This document shows positions 10,820-20,112 of a DNA stretch of 44,353 nucleotides, one piece after another. Source of the DNA: Bdellovibrionota bacterium (lineage in GTDB: Bacteria > Bdellovibrionota > Bacteriovoracia > Bacteriovoracales > Bacteriovoracaceae); the NCBI GenBank assembly GCA_030836365.1, contig JAURQB010000208.1, positions 1 to 44,353 on the forward strand. The letters are read 5' to 3'. Made by a program: the position numbers and the translations under genes. Each line of letters opens with the position of its first letter. Positions within the stretch are counted from its first letter, which is position 1. Under the pieces are notes generated by a model. The model was not told the DNA's origin. It worked only from the letters and a program-made list of their open reading frames with translations, and ran no database searches.

Positions 10820-11194
10820 ATGAAAGAAATCATCAGCACAAATAATGCACCAGCAGCCGTTGGAACCTACTCCCAAGGAGTAAAATTTAATGGCGTTTAT
10901 TATTTCTCAGGCCAAATTGGTATTAATCCAGAGTCAGGAATAATGAGCGAAAGCTTTAATGAGCAACTAAGTCAAGTCATGAAAAATATTGACGGTCTTC
11001 TGGAGTCTCAAGATCTCAAAAGAGAAGACATCATTAAAACAACGATCTTTCTTCAGGACCTTGGCGATTTTGGAAAGGTCAATGAAACATACGTTAACTA
11101 CTTTTCGGAACCATATCCGGCAAGAAGTTGCGTTCAAGCGGCAAAACTACCAAAAGACGCTCTTGTCGAAATTGAAGTCATTGCAGGGAAATAA
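10820..11194 (+). CDS. ridA: RidA/YjgF family reactive-intermediate deaminase
   Basis: MKEIISTNNAPAAVGTYSQGVKFNGVYYFSGQIG...ARSCVQAAKLPKDALVEIEVIA. The ORF-track start at 10799 is a TTG inside the maeB end, so I prefer the ATG at 10820, which has an AAGGA upstream. Confidence 0.92.
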   Translation: MKEIISTNNAPAAVGTYSQGVKFNGVYYFSGQIGINPESGIMSESFNEQLSQVMKNIDGLLESQDLKREDIIKTTIFLQDLGDFGKVNETYVNYFSEPYPARSCVQAAKLPKDALVEIEVIAGK

Positions 11195-11836
11195 ATGGGA
11201 AAAAAATATTTATTCCCATTCGAAAAAGAGAAAAAGAAATACCCCTGGAAAACATTTCTCTCATTTTTATGCGCAGGTTATGTATTCATCCTCATTTTAT
11301 GTCTATCTATCATCAAAACTGCTGAAGAAGAAAATAATTTCTCGACGACGACTTTTTTTAAGTCCAGCCCTGACCTGATCGTCGTGCCGACCGGTGACTT
11401 TGGGAGAATTCCGAGGGCAATAGAACTGGCAAAAAAGTACTCACTTTCCAATATTTTTATCACTGGGGTTTATAAAAAAAATTCAGTGGATATGATTCTA
11501 CCAGAGTCAAACTTTGATCAGATTGATCTAAATCAATTTGAAATTGATTATTGGGCAAGAAACACTATCGAAAATGCAATCTCCACGCTTAAATTCTTAA
11601 GTGATAAAAGTGACATAAACAGAGTCCTAATAGTCAGTAGTGATTATCATATAAAAAGAATTCAGATGATATTTAACAATCTTCAAGTTGAAAACGAGAA
11701 GAAATATCAATTCTACTATCATGGTGTGGAAAATAAATATTTCAATAGTGATAATTTAATCAAACTTCACAAGGAAGCAATAAAGCTTATTCGCGGCTGG
11801 CTTATCATGAAACTCTGGACCCCAGAAATTGACTAA
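11195..11836 (+). CDS. DUF218/YdcF/ElyC family protein, membrane anchored
   Basis: N-terminal TM segment, then LIVVPTGDFGR...VLIVSSDYHIKRIQMIF, which matches the SxxHxxR hallmark of DUF218. The start abuts the ridA stop. Confidence 0.75.
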   Translation: MGKKYLFPFEKEKKKYPWKTFLSFLCAGYVFILILCLSIIKTAEEENNFSTTTFFKSSPDLIVVPTGDFGRIPRAIELAKKYSLSNIFITGVYKKNSVDMILPESNFDQIDLNQFEIDYWARNTIENAISTLKFLSDKSDINRVLIVSSDYHIKRIQMIFNNLQVENEKKYQFYYHGVENKYFNSDNLIKLHKEAIKLIRGWLIMKLWTPEID

Positions 11837-14031
11837 ACTCTGTTGACGTTTATTACTTCTTCAAGACCTTCAATGTTATTAATTGTCTTAATCAATTCAC
11901 TATAGTCTTTAACCTCGATTTCAAAAACAAAAGACCCTTTTCGATCGGGAAGAGATTTGGCCAAAGCACTTCTTATATTGATTCCCTGATCAGTAATTTT
12001 ATTACTAATAAGTGATAAGATTCCCGGTTTGTCTAGCGTAATAACTCGAATGGCAACGGGATGTTTAAAATTGAAGCCTGCATTCCATTCGACATTAACC
12101 GTTCGACTCATTTCCCCTTTATCGATTCTCGCGCAACCTTTTGTATGGACGGTAACTCCTCGACCTCGGGTAATATATCCAACGATGGGATCACCTGGGA
12201 TAGGATTACAACATCTAGCCATACGAACAAGTAAATCATCTAATCCATCAACAATTACAGCGTTATCACTTTGAGACTTTTTCAACACTCTCTTAGAAAG
12301 ATTGGAAGAAAATGAATTTAATTCATCTAGTTTTTTCTGTGGATCCTCAGGAGACTCTTTTGAGTTTTTCTTTATTGAAGGAACTTCTGTTAGGACACTC
12401 TTAACTTCTAACTTCCCAACACCTATTTGAATTAATAAATCATCAAAGTTAGCAACACTAAAGTGACTAATTAAATGATCTAGTTCTCCCATTTTTTTAA
12501 TAGTTTTAAGGCTAGTATTAAATACTCGGCATCCTTTTTCGAATAAATCTAAACCCAGTTCCTTATTTTGGTCTCTATCTACTTTTAACAGATATTGTTT
12601 AATCTTTGTTCTTGCCCGTCCAGATTTAACAATATTAAGCCAATCCTTTGAAGGACGCTGAGTTTTATTAGTTAGAATTTCTATCGTATCACCAGATTTT
12701 AAGTGATAACGAAGGGGGACCATTTTCCCATTAACTTTTGCTCCAACACACTTATTTCCAACTTCTGTGTGAACAGCATAGGCAAAATCCAAAGGAGTTG
12801 CACCATATCTTAATTCTCTGACATCCCCTTGAGGAGTAAAAACAAAAACACCACCAATGTCCAAGTCATTTTTTACGGCGTACATAAATTCTGAATTATT
12901 TTCGACGGCTTGATTATAATCAAGCAACTCCTGAATCCAATCCAATCTATTTGTTCCGGCCGCTATACCCTCTTTATACTTCCAGTGAGCAGCGACACCT
13001 GTTTCAGCAACTTCATCCATTTCATGGGTTCTAATTTGGATTTCTATTCTCTCCGCTTTAGGCCCAATAACAGTTGTGTGTAAGCTTTGATAGTTGTTCA
13101 CTTTTGGTATAGCGATGTAATCCTTGAATCGGCCAGGTATGGGAGTATAAGAGCTATGAATAATACCCAGACATTTGTAACACTCGGTAATATTATTTAC
13201 GATAATCCTAAACGCGAGAACATCTTGTATTTGATCGTAGTCAACAGAGCGTGCAACCATTTTTTTATAAATTGAATAGAAATGTTTTGGGCGCCCCTTC
13301 ACTTCAGACTTAAGTGAATACTCAAGAAACTTCTCCTTAATCGAGTCCACCGTACTTCTTATATACGTCTCTCTCTCGGAGCGCTTCATTGCAACTTTTT
13401 CGGCTAACTTATAATACATGTCAGGTTTAATAAACCTTAAGCATAAGTCCTCAAGTTCAGCCTTTACGGAGTTAATCCCGAGCCTGCTTGCCAACGGTAC
13501 ATAAATATCTAGCGTTTCTTGTGCAATTTTATGCTGCTTTTCTTCTGAAACATATTGAAGTGTTCTCATGTTATGCATACGATCAGCGAGCTTCACTATT
13601 ATAACGCGTATATCTTTGGCCATGGCCACTACCATCTTGCGAAAATTTTCAGCCTGAGACTCTTCTTTTGTTTTAAATTTAATCTTAGAAATTTTCGTTA
13701 ACCCAACAACAATTTGAGCAACTGCAGGATTAAATTCCTCCTGAATTTCAATTGGTTCAATCCCACAGTCTTCAACAACATCATGAAGCAAGCCTGCAAT
13801 TATAGAGTCCATATCCATTCGAAGTTTAATCAGAGTAGCAGATACATTTATGGGGTGAATTATATAGTCTTCTCCTGAGCTTCTTTTCTGTCCCAAGTGT
13901 GCTTTTGTCGCATAACTAAATGCTTTTCTTAACATAACAAAATCTGCATCAGGGTAATATCCCTCTACACGCCTGACTAGATCATCAACAGTTATATTTC
14001 GCTCATGTGAAAAATCTAATACTTGATACAA
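11833..14031 (-). CDS. spoT: Bifunctional (p)ppGpp synthetase/hydrolase (RelA/SpoT homologue)
   Basis: 732 aa. HD hydrolase motifs (IIHPINVSATL...LHDVVED), then a synthetase domain, TGS and a C-terminal ACT region. The TTG start at 14031 lies 1 nt after the gmk stop, with GGGGAA 6-10 nt upstream. Confidence 0.95.
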   Translation of the reverse strand: MYQVLDFSHERNITVDDLVRRVEGYYPDADFVMLRKAFSYATKAHLGQKRSSGEDYIIHPINVSATLIKLRMDMDSIIAGLLHDVVEDCGIEPIEIQEEFNPAVAQIVVGLTKISKIKFKTKEESQAENFRKMVVAMAKDIRVIIVKLADRMHNMRTLQYVSEEKQHKIAQETLDIYVPLASRLGINSVKAELEDLCLRFIKPDMYYKLAEKVAMKRSERETYIRSTVDSIKEKFLEYSLKSEVKGRPKHFYSIYKKMVARSVDYDQIQDVLAFRIIVNNITECYKCLGIIHSSYTPIPGRFKDYIAIPKVNNYQSLHTTVIGPKAERIEIQIRTHEMDEVAETGVAAHWKYKEGIAAGTNRLDWIQELLDYNQAVENNSEFMYAVKNDLDIGGVFVFTPQGDVRELRYGATPLDFAYAVHTEVGNKCVGAKVNGKMVPLRYHLKSGDTIEILTNKTQRPSKDWLNIVKSGRARTKIKQYLLKVDRDQNKELGLDLFEKGCRVFNTSLKTIKKMGELDHLISHFSVANFDDLLIQIGVGKLEVKSVLTEVPSIKKNSKESPEDPQKKLDELNSFSSNLSKRVLKKSQSDNAVIVDGLDDLLVRMARCCNPIPGDPIVGYITRGRGVTVHTKGCARIDKGEMSRTVNVEWNAGFNFKHPVAIRVITLDKPGILSLISNKITDQGINIRSALAKSLPDRKGSFVFEIEVKDYSELIKTINNIEGLEEVINVNRV

Positions 14032-14032
14032 C

Positions 14033-14608
14033 CTATTCCCCTATAAGATCTTCAATTAGTCGATATAATTTATTATAAGCAACATTAACGTCATCATTCA
14101 CGATAGAGTAATCATAGTCTCCAGACCTGGATAATTCAATTTTCGCATTATTTAATCTCGTATTAATTGCATCCTCACTCTCTGTTCCTCTACCTCTTAG
14201 TCTCTCCTCTAATACTTCATAGCTAGGAGGCCTTATAAAGATTGCTTTTGCTTGATCACCAAAAGCTTCCTTCATCGAATCGGTTCCTTGTATATCAAGG
14301 TCAAAAATAAGATTCGCCCCTTCTTTCATTTTTTTTTCAACATACCTTTTCGAAGTACCTTTGTAGTCTCCATGAACAAGTGCCCACTCTGTAAATTCAT
14401 CATTTGAAATCATTTTCTCAAATTTTGGTTTTGAGACAAAAAAGTAATCAAGGCCGTCTTTTTCATTCGGTCGAATATCTCTTGTTGTATATGAAATAGA
14501 CTCAATAAGTCGCCCTTTGAAGTCCGCTCGAACTTTTTTCATCAGGGTGGATTTCCCTGTTCCCGAAGGCGCAACAATAACAATTAACTTTCCAGGCTTA
14601 GCGCTCAT
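14033..14608 (-). CDS. gmk: Guanylate kinase
   Basis: P-loop APSGTGKSTL, plus SYTTRDIRPNEKDGLDYFFV. The start overlaps the yicC stop. Confidence 0.95.
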   Translation of the reverse strand: MSAKPGKLIVIVAPSGTGKSTLMKKVRADFKGRLIESISYTTRDIRPNEKDGLDYFFVSKPKFEKMISNDEFTEWALVHGDYKGTSKRYVEKKMKEGANLIFDLDIQGTDSMKEAFGDQAKAIFIRPPSYEVLEERLRGRGTESEDAINTRLNNAKIELSRSGDYDYSIVNDDVNVAYNKLYRLIEDLIGE

Positions 14609-15483
14609 TGTAGATTCAGTCCCTGCTCCCTAATCTTTTCAAGGAACGATTTCATATTGACGACATAGTTTGATATTTCTTTATTTCCACTTTTTGAACC
14701 AATAGTATTAGTCTCCCTATTAAGCTCCTGTAATAAAAAATCAATTTTTCTCCCCACTTCATCATTTTCAGAAGCAAGTAGTTTTTGAAGAGACAGCATA
14801 TGAAAATTTATTCGATCGATCTCCTCATTGATATCAAGCTTTTCAAGATAATATACAACTTCTTGCAAGAGTCTTTGTTTGTCAGCATTAATTTCATCAT
14901 CAAACTGCTTTATTTTATTTAGCAGATTATTCTCAACGCTTTGCCTATATGAGTCCTTAGAATTTATAATTTTAGAAAAATCATTTTGATAAAGATTTAA
15001 GTATTCTAAAAGTGCTATTTTTATTTTTTCACCTTCATTGGCCCTTGCTGCACTAATTTGTTCCAAGGCAGAATCAAAAGCCTCTCGAACGATGGGCTCC
15101 ATAACTGAAAAGAGATCTGCGTTATCGACTTCTTTTTGGAATTCACCTCTCAAAAAATCAGTCGCTTTAAATTGTAGGTTTACGTCGTTTAGCTTTTCAA
15201 TGCGTTCAATTTGAGCAACAAAAGCACTTACTTTAGCTGAATCCAAAGCAAATTCCTGTTCATCCGTTTTAATTTTTTTATAATTAACGATGATCTCAAA
15301 ACTGCCTCTTTTTAATTTTTGGGCCAACTTTGACTTTAAATCCATTTCTAGTGGATTAAATAAATTGCTCATTTTAAATCTAAAGTCTTTAAACCGATTA
15401 TTCACACTTTTAATTTCAACCGTGATAGCAAAATCGTTATTTTTTGCTTCGCCTCGACCAAATCCCGTCATTGACTGCAACAT
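14605..15483 (-). CDS. yicC: YicC family stress-induced protein
   Basis: MLQSMTGFGRGEA N-terminus and C-terminal FLLQELNRETNTIGSKS, both typical of YicC. The conserved yicC-gmk synteny is present. Confidence 0.9.
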   Translation of the reverse strand: MLQSMTGFGRGEAKNNDFAITVEIKSVNNRFKDFRFKMSNLFNPLEMDLKSKLAQKLKRGSFEIIVNYKKIKTDEQEFALDSAKVSAFVAQIERIEKLNDVNLQFKATDFLRGEFQKEVDNADLFSVMEPIVREAFDSALEQISAARANEGEKIKIALLEYLNLYQNDFSKIINSKDSYRQSVENNLLNKIKQFDDEINADKQRLLQEVVYYLEKLDINEEIDRINFHMLSLQKLLASENDEVGRKIDFLLQELNRETNTIGSKSGNKEISNYVVNMKSFLEKIREQGLNLQ

Positions 15484-15497
15484 ATTACCTCTATTAA

Positions 15498-15836
15498 TTA
15501 AAAAAATCCGCTTCTCAGATAAACTGGCGGCTCACCATTATAGATATAAGATAAATAATCCCTTCTCTCCCTAGGAGACAGCCGCAAAAAATATAATTTT
15601 TGATACTTATCACTAATTTTCCTTTTTGCCATCTCATATATGCTCCGCTCACTATCACTCAAGTCTTCTTCAAGCTCAGTAATTTCAGAATTAAGACAAT
15701 CCTCATTTTCTCCCATATAGTTTGACTCATAGCATCTCTCCGACACTGGATTGGAATCACTTAGATTTATTGCGCTACACCCAAAAAATTCAAGTATAAA
15801 AAAACAAATGACGACGATTCTAAATATCATAAGCAC
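15498..15836 (-). CDS. Small hypothetical lipoprotein (112 aa)
   Basis: Signal peptide plus a lipobox-like FFGC|S. It is the first gene of the yicC-gmk-spoT strand block. An ACCGATAA box lies 28 nt upstream on the same strand. Confidence 0.5.
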   Translation of the reverse strand: MLMIFRIVVICFFILEFFGCSAINLSDSNPVSERCYESNYMGENEDCLNSEITELEEDLSDSERSIYEMAKRKISDKYQKLYFLRLSPRERRDYLSYIYNGEPPVYLRSGFF

Positions 15837-15991
15837 CTTCTCTTATATTAATGAGAGGTTATCGGTCTCCACGCCATATATCTAATAATGGGTCGCAATG
15901 TCGGAAAATTTTGCCAATATTCTCATTTTTTTAATAAATCTCGGACAAAGCAAAGGGGTTCGCCGATAGGATTCGCAAGGAGCCTTAATAA

Positions 15992-16777
15992 ATGAAAAAG
16001 TGGGAAAAGATTGAAGATAAATTAAACCTGAGCCTCATTCAAAAATATGATTCATTAAGAGAAAACCTCAAGTCATTTATCAGTCATGCTAAAGCAAAAA
16101 TAATAAATAAAACCATTGATTTATATAATCAAGTTCTTCCACTAATTAACCAATTAAAAATAAAAGCAAAACAAGTTTCTGCAGTTAACCCGAAAGAAGC
16201 TTCTGAAGCAATAAAAAACGCACTAAAAGCGATAACATGGAAAAACTTCCTTTCGCTACTTAAGGCACCACCCTACAAAAAAATAGGATCCTTTATAAAA
16301 CGAAATTCCCTTAATATCAGCTTTTCAATAATAATAGCGTTCGGTTCATATAACTTGATACAGGAGATTCAACATATATTTCCTGAAAAAAAAACAGGAA
16401 GAGAAATTGCATCTGTAAGTAAGTTAAACAAACGACCAAGTTATTATTTGTTAAAAAATAGGCATTTAAAAATAGAGAACGTTAAGATCCCTGTTTCACT
16501 GAATCAAAATAAAAGGATATCTTCCATCATAGCAGACGTCATCATTGAATGCCCAAACAGAACAACTCAACAATTTCTTTATAATGCTCCCCACTTAGTG
16601 CAAGATAAATTGAATAATACAATAGCTCCCCAAATCAACTCATTCCCTCTTACAGAAGAGGGAAAAGTTATTTTAAGAAAAAAAATAGGTTTAGAACTAA
16701 GTGAGCTCCTAAAAGAAAATCAATTCAAACAGTACAAAATACAAAAAGTAAATATTATTCAAGTTACCTCTTCCTGA
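15992..16777 (+). CDS. FliL-like flagellar basal-body-associated protein with a long N-terminal extension
   Basis: AAGGAG RBS 9 nt upstream of the ATG. Single TM segment (ISFSIIIAFGSYNLI). The C-terminal domain matches the FliL pattern (YYLLKN..LKIENVKIPVSL...IIADVIIEC...PHLVQDKLNNTI...LTEEGKVILRKKI...KVNIIQV). The call is made by eye. Confidence 0.45.
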   Translation: MKKWEKIEDKLNLSLIQKYDSLRENLKSFISHAKAKIINKTIDLYNQVLPLINQLKIKAKQVSAVNPKEASEAIKNALKAITWKNFLSLLKAPPYKKIGSFIKRNSLNISFSIIIAFGSYNLIQEIQHIFPEKKTGREIASVSKLNKRPSYYLLKNRHLKIENVKIPVSLNQNKRISSIIADVIIECPNRTTQQFLYNAPHLVQDKLNNTIAPQINSFPLTEEGKVILRKKIGLELSELLKENQFKQYKIQKVNIIQVTSS

Positions 16778-16782
16778 ATGAC

Positions 16783-18066
16783 TTAAACAGTTCGGCGAAT
16801 TGTATTTTCACTAACACCAATCTGTTGTGAGGTTCTTTTAAAATCTCCATTATTAATCATAAGTGCGTGCTCGATATAAGTTTTTTTCAGTGCTGCTAAT
16901 TTAATTAGCTCACCCTCAGGAGGCATTATCCCAATGGGGAAATTATCGCTTTTAAGATTAATATCAAGCTGATCAAACTTTAAATATTTTAACTTATTAC
17001 CAAACATTTTCTTAAACAGATGCGATTTAAGCTGGCGTATATTTCCCGGCCAAGGACATTCTAAATACCAATTCATCAGCTTTGGGTTTATTGAGAAACC
17101 ATCTTTACTTAAAATATCTTCAATTATATTTTTACAGTATTCTTTATTTTCTCTTAGTGAAGGAACTTGAATAAAGTGACTACTCATCAAGCGGTAATAA
17201 AAGTCCAGTCTCATTCTCCGATCTGAGACTAACCTTTTTAAACATTTTCCAGAAGAATAAATTAATCGAACCTTTGCTTTTTTTTGTCCTCCTCCTACAA
17301 CCCGAAATTCTCCATTATCAAGAAACGTCAATAGTTTTGTCTGCAACTCTAGGCTGATTGAATCTATCTCATCTAAAAATAGGGTGCCATTATGGGCTTC
17401 TAATATTGCGCCTCTCTTATCAATACTTGCTCCAGTAAATGCTCCTTTTTTATGCCCAAACAACTCACTTTCGATAAGACTAGAAGAGAATGATGATAAA
17501 TTCAGATGGACGAAACTACCAACGACATTAGACTTTTCATGGATTTTTTTCGCTAAGGTTGTTTTCCCCGTCCCGGTTTCTCCTTGCAATATAATAGAAT
17601 AATTTGATTTTATAAATCGCGGATCAACTAATATCGCCTCCCCCTTCTTATTATAGGAATCTGAAGTTATAAATTTAATCCTATTAAACTCCAAACTTAA
17701 TATATCGTTACTACGTAAAAAACTTTCACTTATTACTCTGCCATTAAGAATAAAAAAATTCCGGGAAGTATTTCTGAGAAAATAAGCGCTGCAAGTTTCA
17801 TTTTCATATAAAACTAGCTCTATTTTCATACAATTTTGTCGTCCTCCAGGAATGATAATTTTCTCATTTTTTCGAACAACCTCTTGAATCTCTGGATCTA
17901 GAACTATCTCGTATCGTGCTCGATTCAACGCAAAAGTCTTTTTCCTTCCCCTAACAGGAATGATTTCTATTGAGTCCCCCTCTTTTATTGTTTGCTTTCC
18001 AATTTCAACAAGGTATTCATGAGCAAGTCTATTTAATTTCAGCATCTTACTATCTCTCCAAGTCAT
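16783..18066 (-). CDS. Sigma-54-dependent transcriptional activator (bEBP) with a non-receiver, FHA-like N-terminal domain
   Basis: AAA+ core with Walker A GETGTGKT, ESELFGHKKGAFTGA (intact GAFTGA loop), Walker B LFLDEID, and a C-terminal Fis-type HTH (IGVSENTIRRTV). The N-terminal ~150 aa has no receiver Asp pocket. NTSRNFFILNGRVISESFLRSNDILSLEFNRIKF looks FHA-like. Confidence 0.88.
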   Translation of the reverse strand: MTWRDSKMLKLNRLAHEYLVEIGKQTIKEGDSIEIIPVRGRKKTFALNRARYEIVLDPEIQEVVRKNEKIIIPGGRQNCMKIELVLYENETCSAYFLRNTSRNFFILNGRVISESFLRSNDILSLEFNRIKFITSDSYNKKGEAILVDPRFIKSNYSIILQGETGTGKTTLAKKIHEKSNVVGSFVHLNLSSFSSSLIESELFGHKKGAFTGASIDKRGAILEAHNGTLFLDEIDSISLELQTKLLTFLDNGEFRVVGGGQKKAKVRLIYSSGKCLKRLVSDRRMRLDFYYRLMSSHFIQVPSLRENKEYCKNIIEDILSKDGFSINPKLMNWYLECPWPGNIRQLKSHLFKKMFGNKLKYLKFDQLDINLKSDNFPIGIMPPEGELIKLAALKKTYIEHALMINNGDFKRTSQQIGVSENTIRRTV

Positions 18067-18144
18067 AAAGAATCTTCAAGCAATATGGCATTTTGCGAAA
18101 CATAGTGATACAAGACTTCAAATCAACCGTTGGATAATTCACTT

Positions 18145-18777
18145 ATGAAAAAAATAGAGCGCAACCTTACTAAATTCTTACTCGGCCTTGGAAATGCAGA
18201 ACAAGCCAAAAGGTGGCTTCTTGCAAACCAATCCATAAAAGGAGTATGTTTTATTGGACGCTCGAATGTTGGTAAATCTTCTATCATCAACTCTCTTTTT
18301 GGCAATAGCGCCGCCAAAGTGTCCAATACTCCAGGAAAAACGAGAGAAATAAATATATTTAATTTTTCTGTTAATGACATAGAAAATAATGAATCGACAA
18401 AAAGATACTTCTTTGATCTCCCTGGTTATGGCTACGCCAGAATTTCAAAGGAAAAAACGAAAGACTGGAATTTATTAATGGAGACTTTCTTTCAATATGC
18501 TCCTCCAGGATTGACGATGGTTAACCTCAGAGACTCGAGGCATACCGCTCAAGAAAGTGACTTAAGATTTTTAGACTTTCTTGAATCGTTCAAGCGTCAT
18601 TACTTTTTTGTATTTAATAAGATTGATAAATTAAAAACTCAAAAAGATCGATCAAAATTAATTAAACAAATTAAAGAGATCAAAAATAAAAATGACATCA
18701 AGTGCTTTAAAACCTCCGCAGAGACGAAAGTGGGCGTAACTGAATTAGAAAACTATATTGTTGATCTTGTGTTGTAA
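18145..18777 (+). CDS. engB: Ribosome-biogenesis GTPase EngB/YihA
   Basis: G1 GRSNVGKSSIIN, G3 DLPGYGYA, G4 NKIDK. The ORF-track start at 18130 is a TTG, so I prefer the ATG at 18145. Confidence 0.92.
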   Translation: MKKIERNLTKFLLGLGNAEQAKRWLLANQSIKGVCFIGRSNVGKSSIINSLFGNSAAKVSNTPGKTREINIFNFSVNDIENNESTKRYFFDLPGYGYARISKEKTKDWNLLMETFFQYAPPGLTMVNLRDSRHTAQESDLRFLDFLESFKRHYFFVFNKIDKLKTQKDRSKLIKQIKEIKNKNDIKCFKTSAETKVGVTELENYIVDLVL

Positions 18778-18784
18778 TTACTTA

Positions 18785-19114
18785 TTATTCATCTTTGGAA
18801 ATATCTTTTACCCCAGTTGAAATTTTAATTTTACGAACCTCTTGTTCGATTTCCTCTAGAGTTTCTTCCTTCTCTCTAATTAAATTAATCATTTCATGAA
18901 TTTTAGGGTCATCAACCTCAATCTCGTTAGCTTCAATTTTATTTTTCATTATTTGACCTAATTCTTCATAAGCAGTGTGAAGATCTGAGTTAGTGGTGGA
19001 TGCAGAGAGCATTTTTTTCCCAATTTCGGTCGTTTTCTTTAATTCTTCCTGGCAGATATGAAGAATATCCTGAACTTTATTTTTCCATTGCTTGTCCATA
19101 CTAACCTCGCTCAT
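18785..19114 (-). CDS. Hypothetical small helical/coiled-coil protein (109 aa)
   Basis: ORF track. Charged, heptad-like sequence with no recognised motif. It converges on engB with a 7-nt gap. Confidence 0.5.
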   Translation of the reverse strand: MSEVSMDKQWKNKVQDILHICQEELKKTTEIGKKMLSASTTNSDLHTAYEELGQIMKNKIEANEIEVDDPKIHEMINLIREKEETLEEIEQEVRKIKISTGVKDISKDE

Positions 19115-19222
19115 AAGCGATCAAATTAATCAATCTTTACTTAACTAAGGATATCATGCCTCCGCTTTAATTTTCCAAAAAATATTCATAAAATAAAACT
19201 AACTTAAACTAAACACTCAGTT

Positions 19223-20107
19223 ATGATCAAAGATTTTTTAAATTCAACAAATTTTATTTTTAACAAACATAATGAAGAAAATGAAAGAGTTTATCTTGGC
19301 CTCAAAGAAAGATATGGCAAAAATAAAGACCCTTGGGGGCTTAATCCTGAGAAATCAAAATCGACTTTAAAGGTAGCAACACCTCTTTACAGAGATTATT
19401 TTAAAACAAGAGTATTTGGTGCAGAAAATGTCGAAGACAAACCCTACATCATTGTTGCAAACCACACTGGTCAATTACCATTTGACGGAATGATCGTCAC
19501 GTGTGCATTTTTATTAGACATACTACCGCCTCGAGTACTAAGAGCAATGATGGAAAGGTTCGTTACAACAATTCCATTTTTCTCAAGCTTTGTTACTCAA
19601 AACGGCGGAGTCCTTGGAGACAGAACAAATTGCAATGAATTATTAAAACGAGGTGAATCGGTACTTGTTTTTCCTGAGGGAGTAAGAGGTATTTCTAAAA
19701 ATACGAACAATTTTTACCAAGTGCAAGACTTCACAAAAGGCTTTTATCGATTGGCACTAAAAAATAATGTGCAAATTCTCCCCGTGGGCGTGGTTGGTGC
19801 CGAAGAGTTTTATCCACTAACTTATCACCCTAAGGCCCTCGCCAAAGTATTAGGTCTCCCGTCTCTTCCTTTAACTCCTGGGCTTGTTGCAGGCCCCCTT
19901 GGAATGCTCCCTCTTCCTTCTCCCGTTGACTTGCATATTGGAAAACCAATTTCAGTCAAATCGGAGCTTCTAAACTCCGTTAATGATAAAGAACTTGATT
20001 CAGAGGTTCAGAAAATAAAAGAAACTATTAATAATCTTGTCCAAAGTGGTCTTGAAACAAGAAGACCATTCTGGGCACAAAAGATCGTCGATAAAATAAA
20101 GAATTAG
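19223..20107 (+). CDS. Lysophospholipid/glycerol-phosphate acyltransferase family protein (PlsC-like)
   Basis: Acyltransferase motif I-like VANHTGQLPFD and motif III FPEGVRG. 294 aa. Confidence 0.75.
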   Translation: MIKDFLNSTNFIFNKHNEENERVYLGLKERYGKNKDPWGLNPEKSKSTLKVATPLYRDYFKTRVFGAENVEDKPYIIVANHTGQLPFDGMIVTCAFLLDILPPRVLRAMMERFVTTIPFFSSFVTQNGGVLGDRTNCNELLKRGESVLVFPEGVRGISKNTNNFYQVQDFTKGFYRLALKNNVQILPVGVVGAEEFYPLTYHPKALAKVLGLPSLPLTPGLVAGPLGMLPLPSPVDLHIGKPISVKSELLNSVNDKELDSEVQKIKETINNLVQSGLETRRPFWAQKIVDKIKN

Positions 20108-20112
20108 ATAGA

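Noticed and set aside
10989-11378. A 129-aa plus-strand ORF spanning the ridA/DUF218 junction in another frame.
   Set aside because: It fully overlaps two confidently identified genes. Its translation is low-complexity and basic (KKRKRNTPGK, LLKKKIISRRR) with no RBS. It is most likely a frame artefact.
15935-15969. A full sigma-28 promoter for the FliL-like gene, using TAAA at 15935 with GCCGATAG at 15962.
   Set aside because: The spacing is about 23 nt instead of 15, and the nearer CAAAG gives only about 12 nt. Only the -10-like half is credible, so I kept it as a low-weight observation rather than a promoter feature.
18086-18096. TGGCATTTTGC in the intergenic region between the bEBP gene and engB, which at first glance looks like a sigma-54 promoter.
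   Set aside because: Only 6 nt separate GG from GC, whereas sigma-54 promoters need GG-N10-GC. Other near-matches fail the same spacing or the -12 TTGC test: TGGCAAAATTTTCCG (minus strand, near 15909-15923) and GGAAAATTAAAGC (minus strand, near 19169-19181).
18123-18380. An 85-aa minus-strand ORF overlapping the engB 5' region.
   Set aside because: It is antisense to the conserved G1 motif region of engB and has no independent support.
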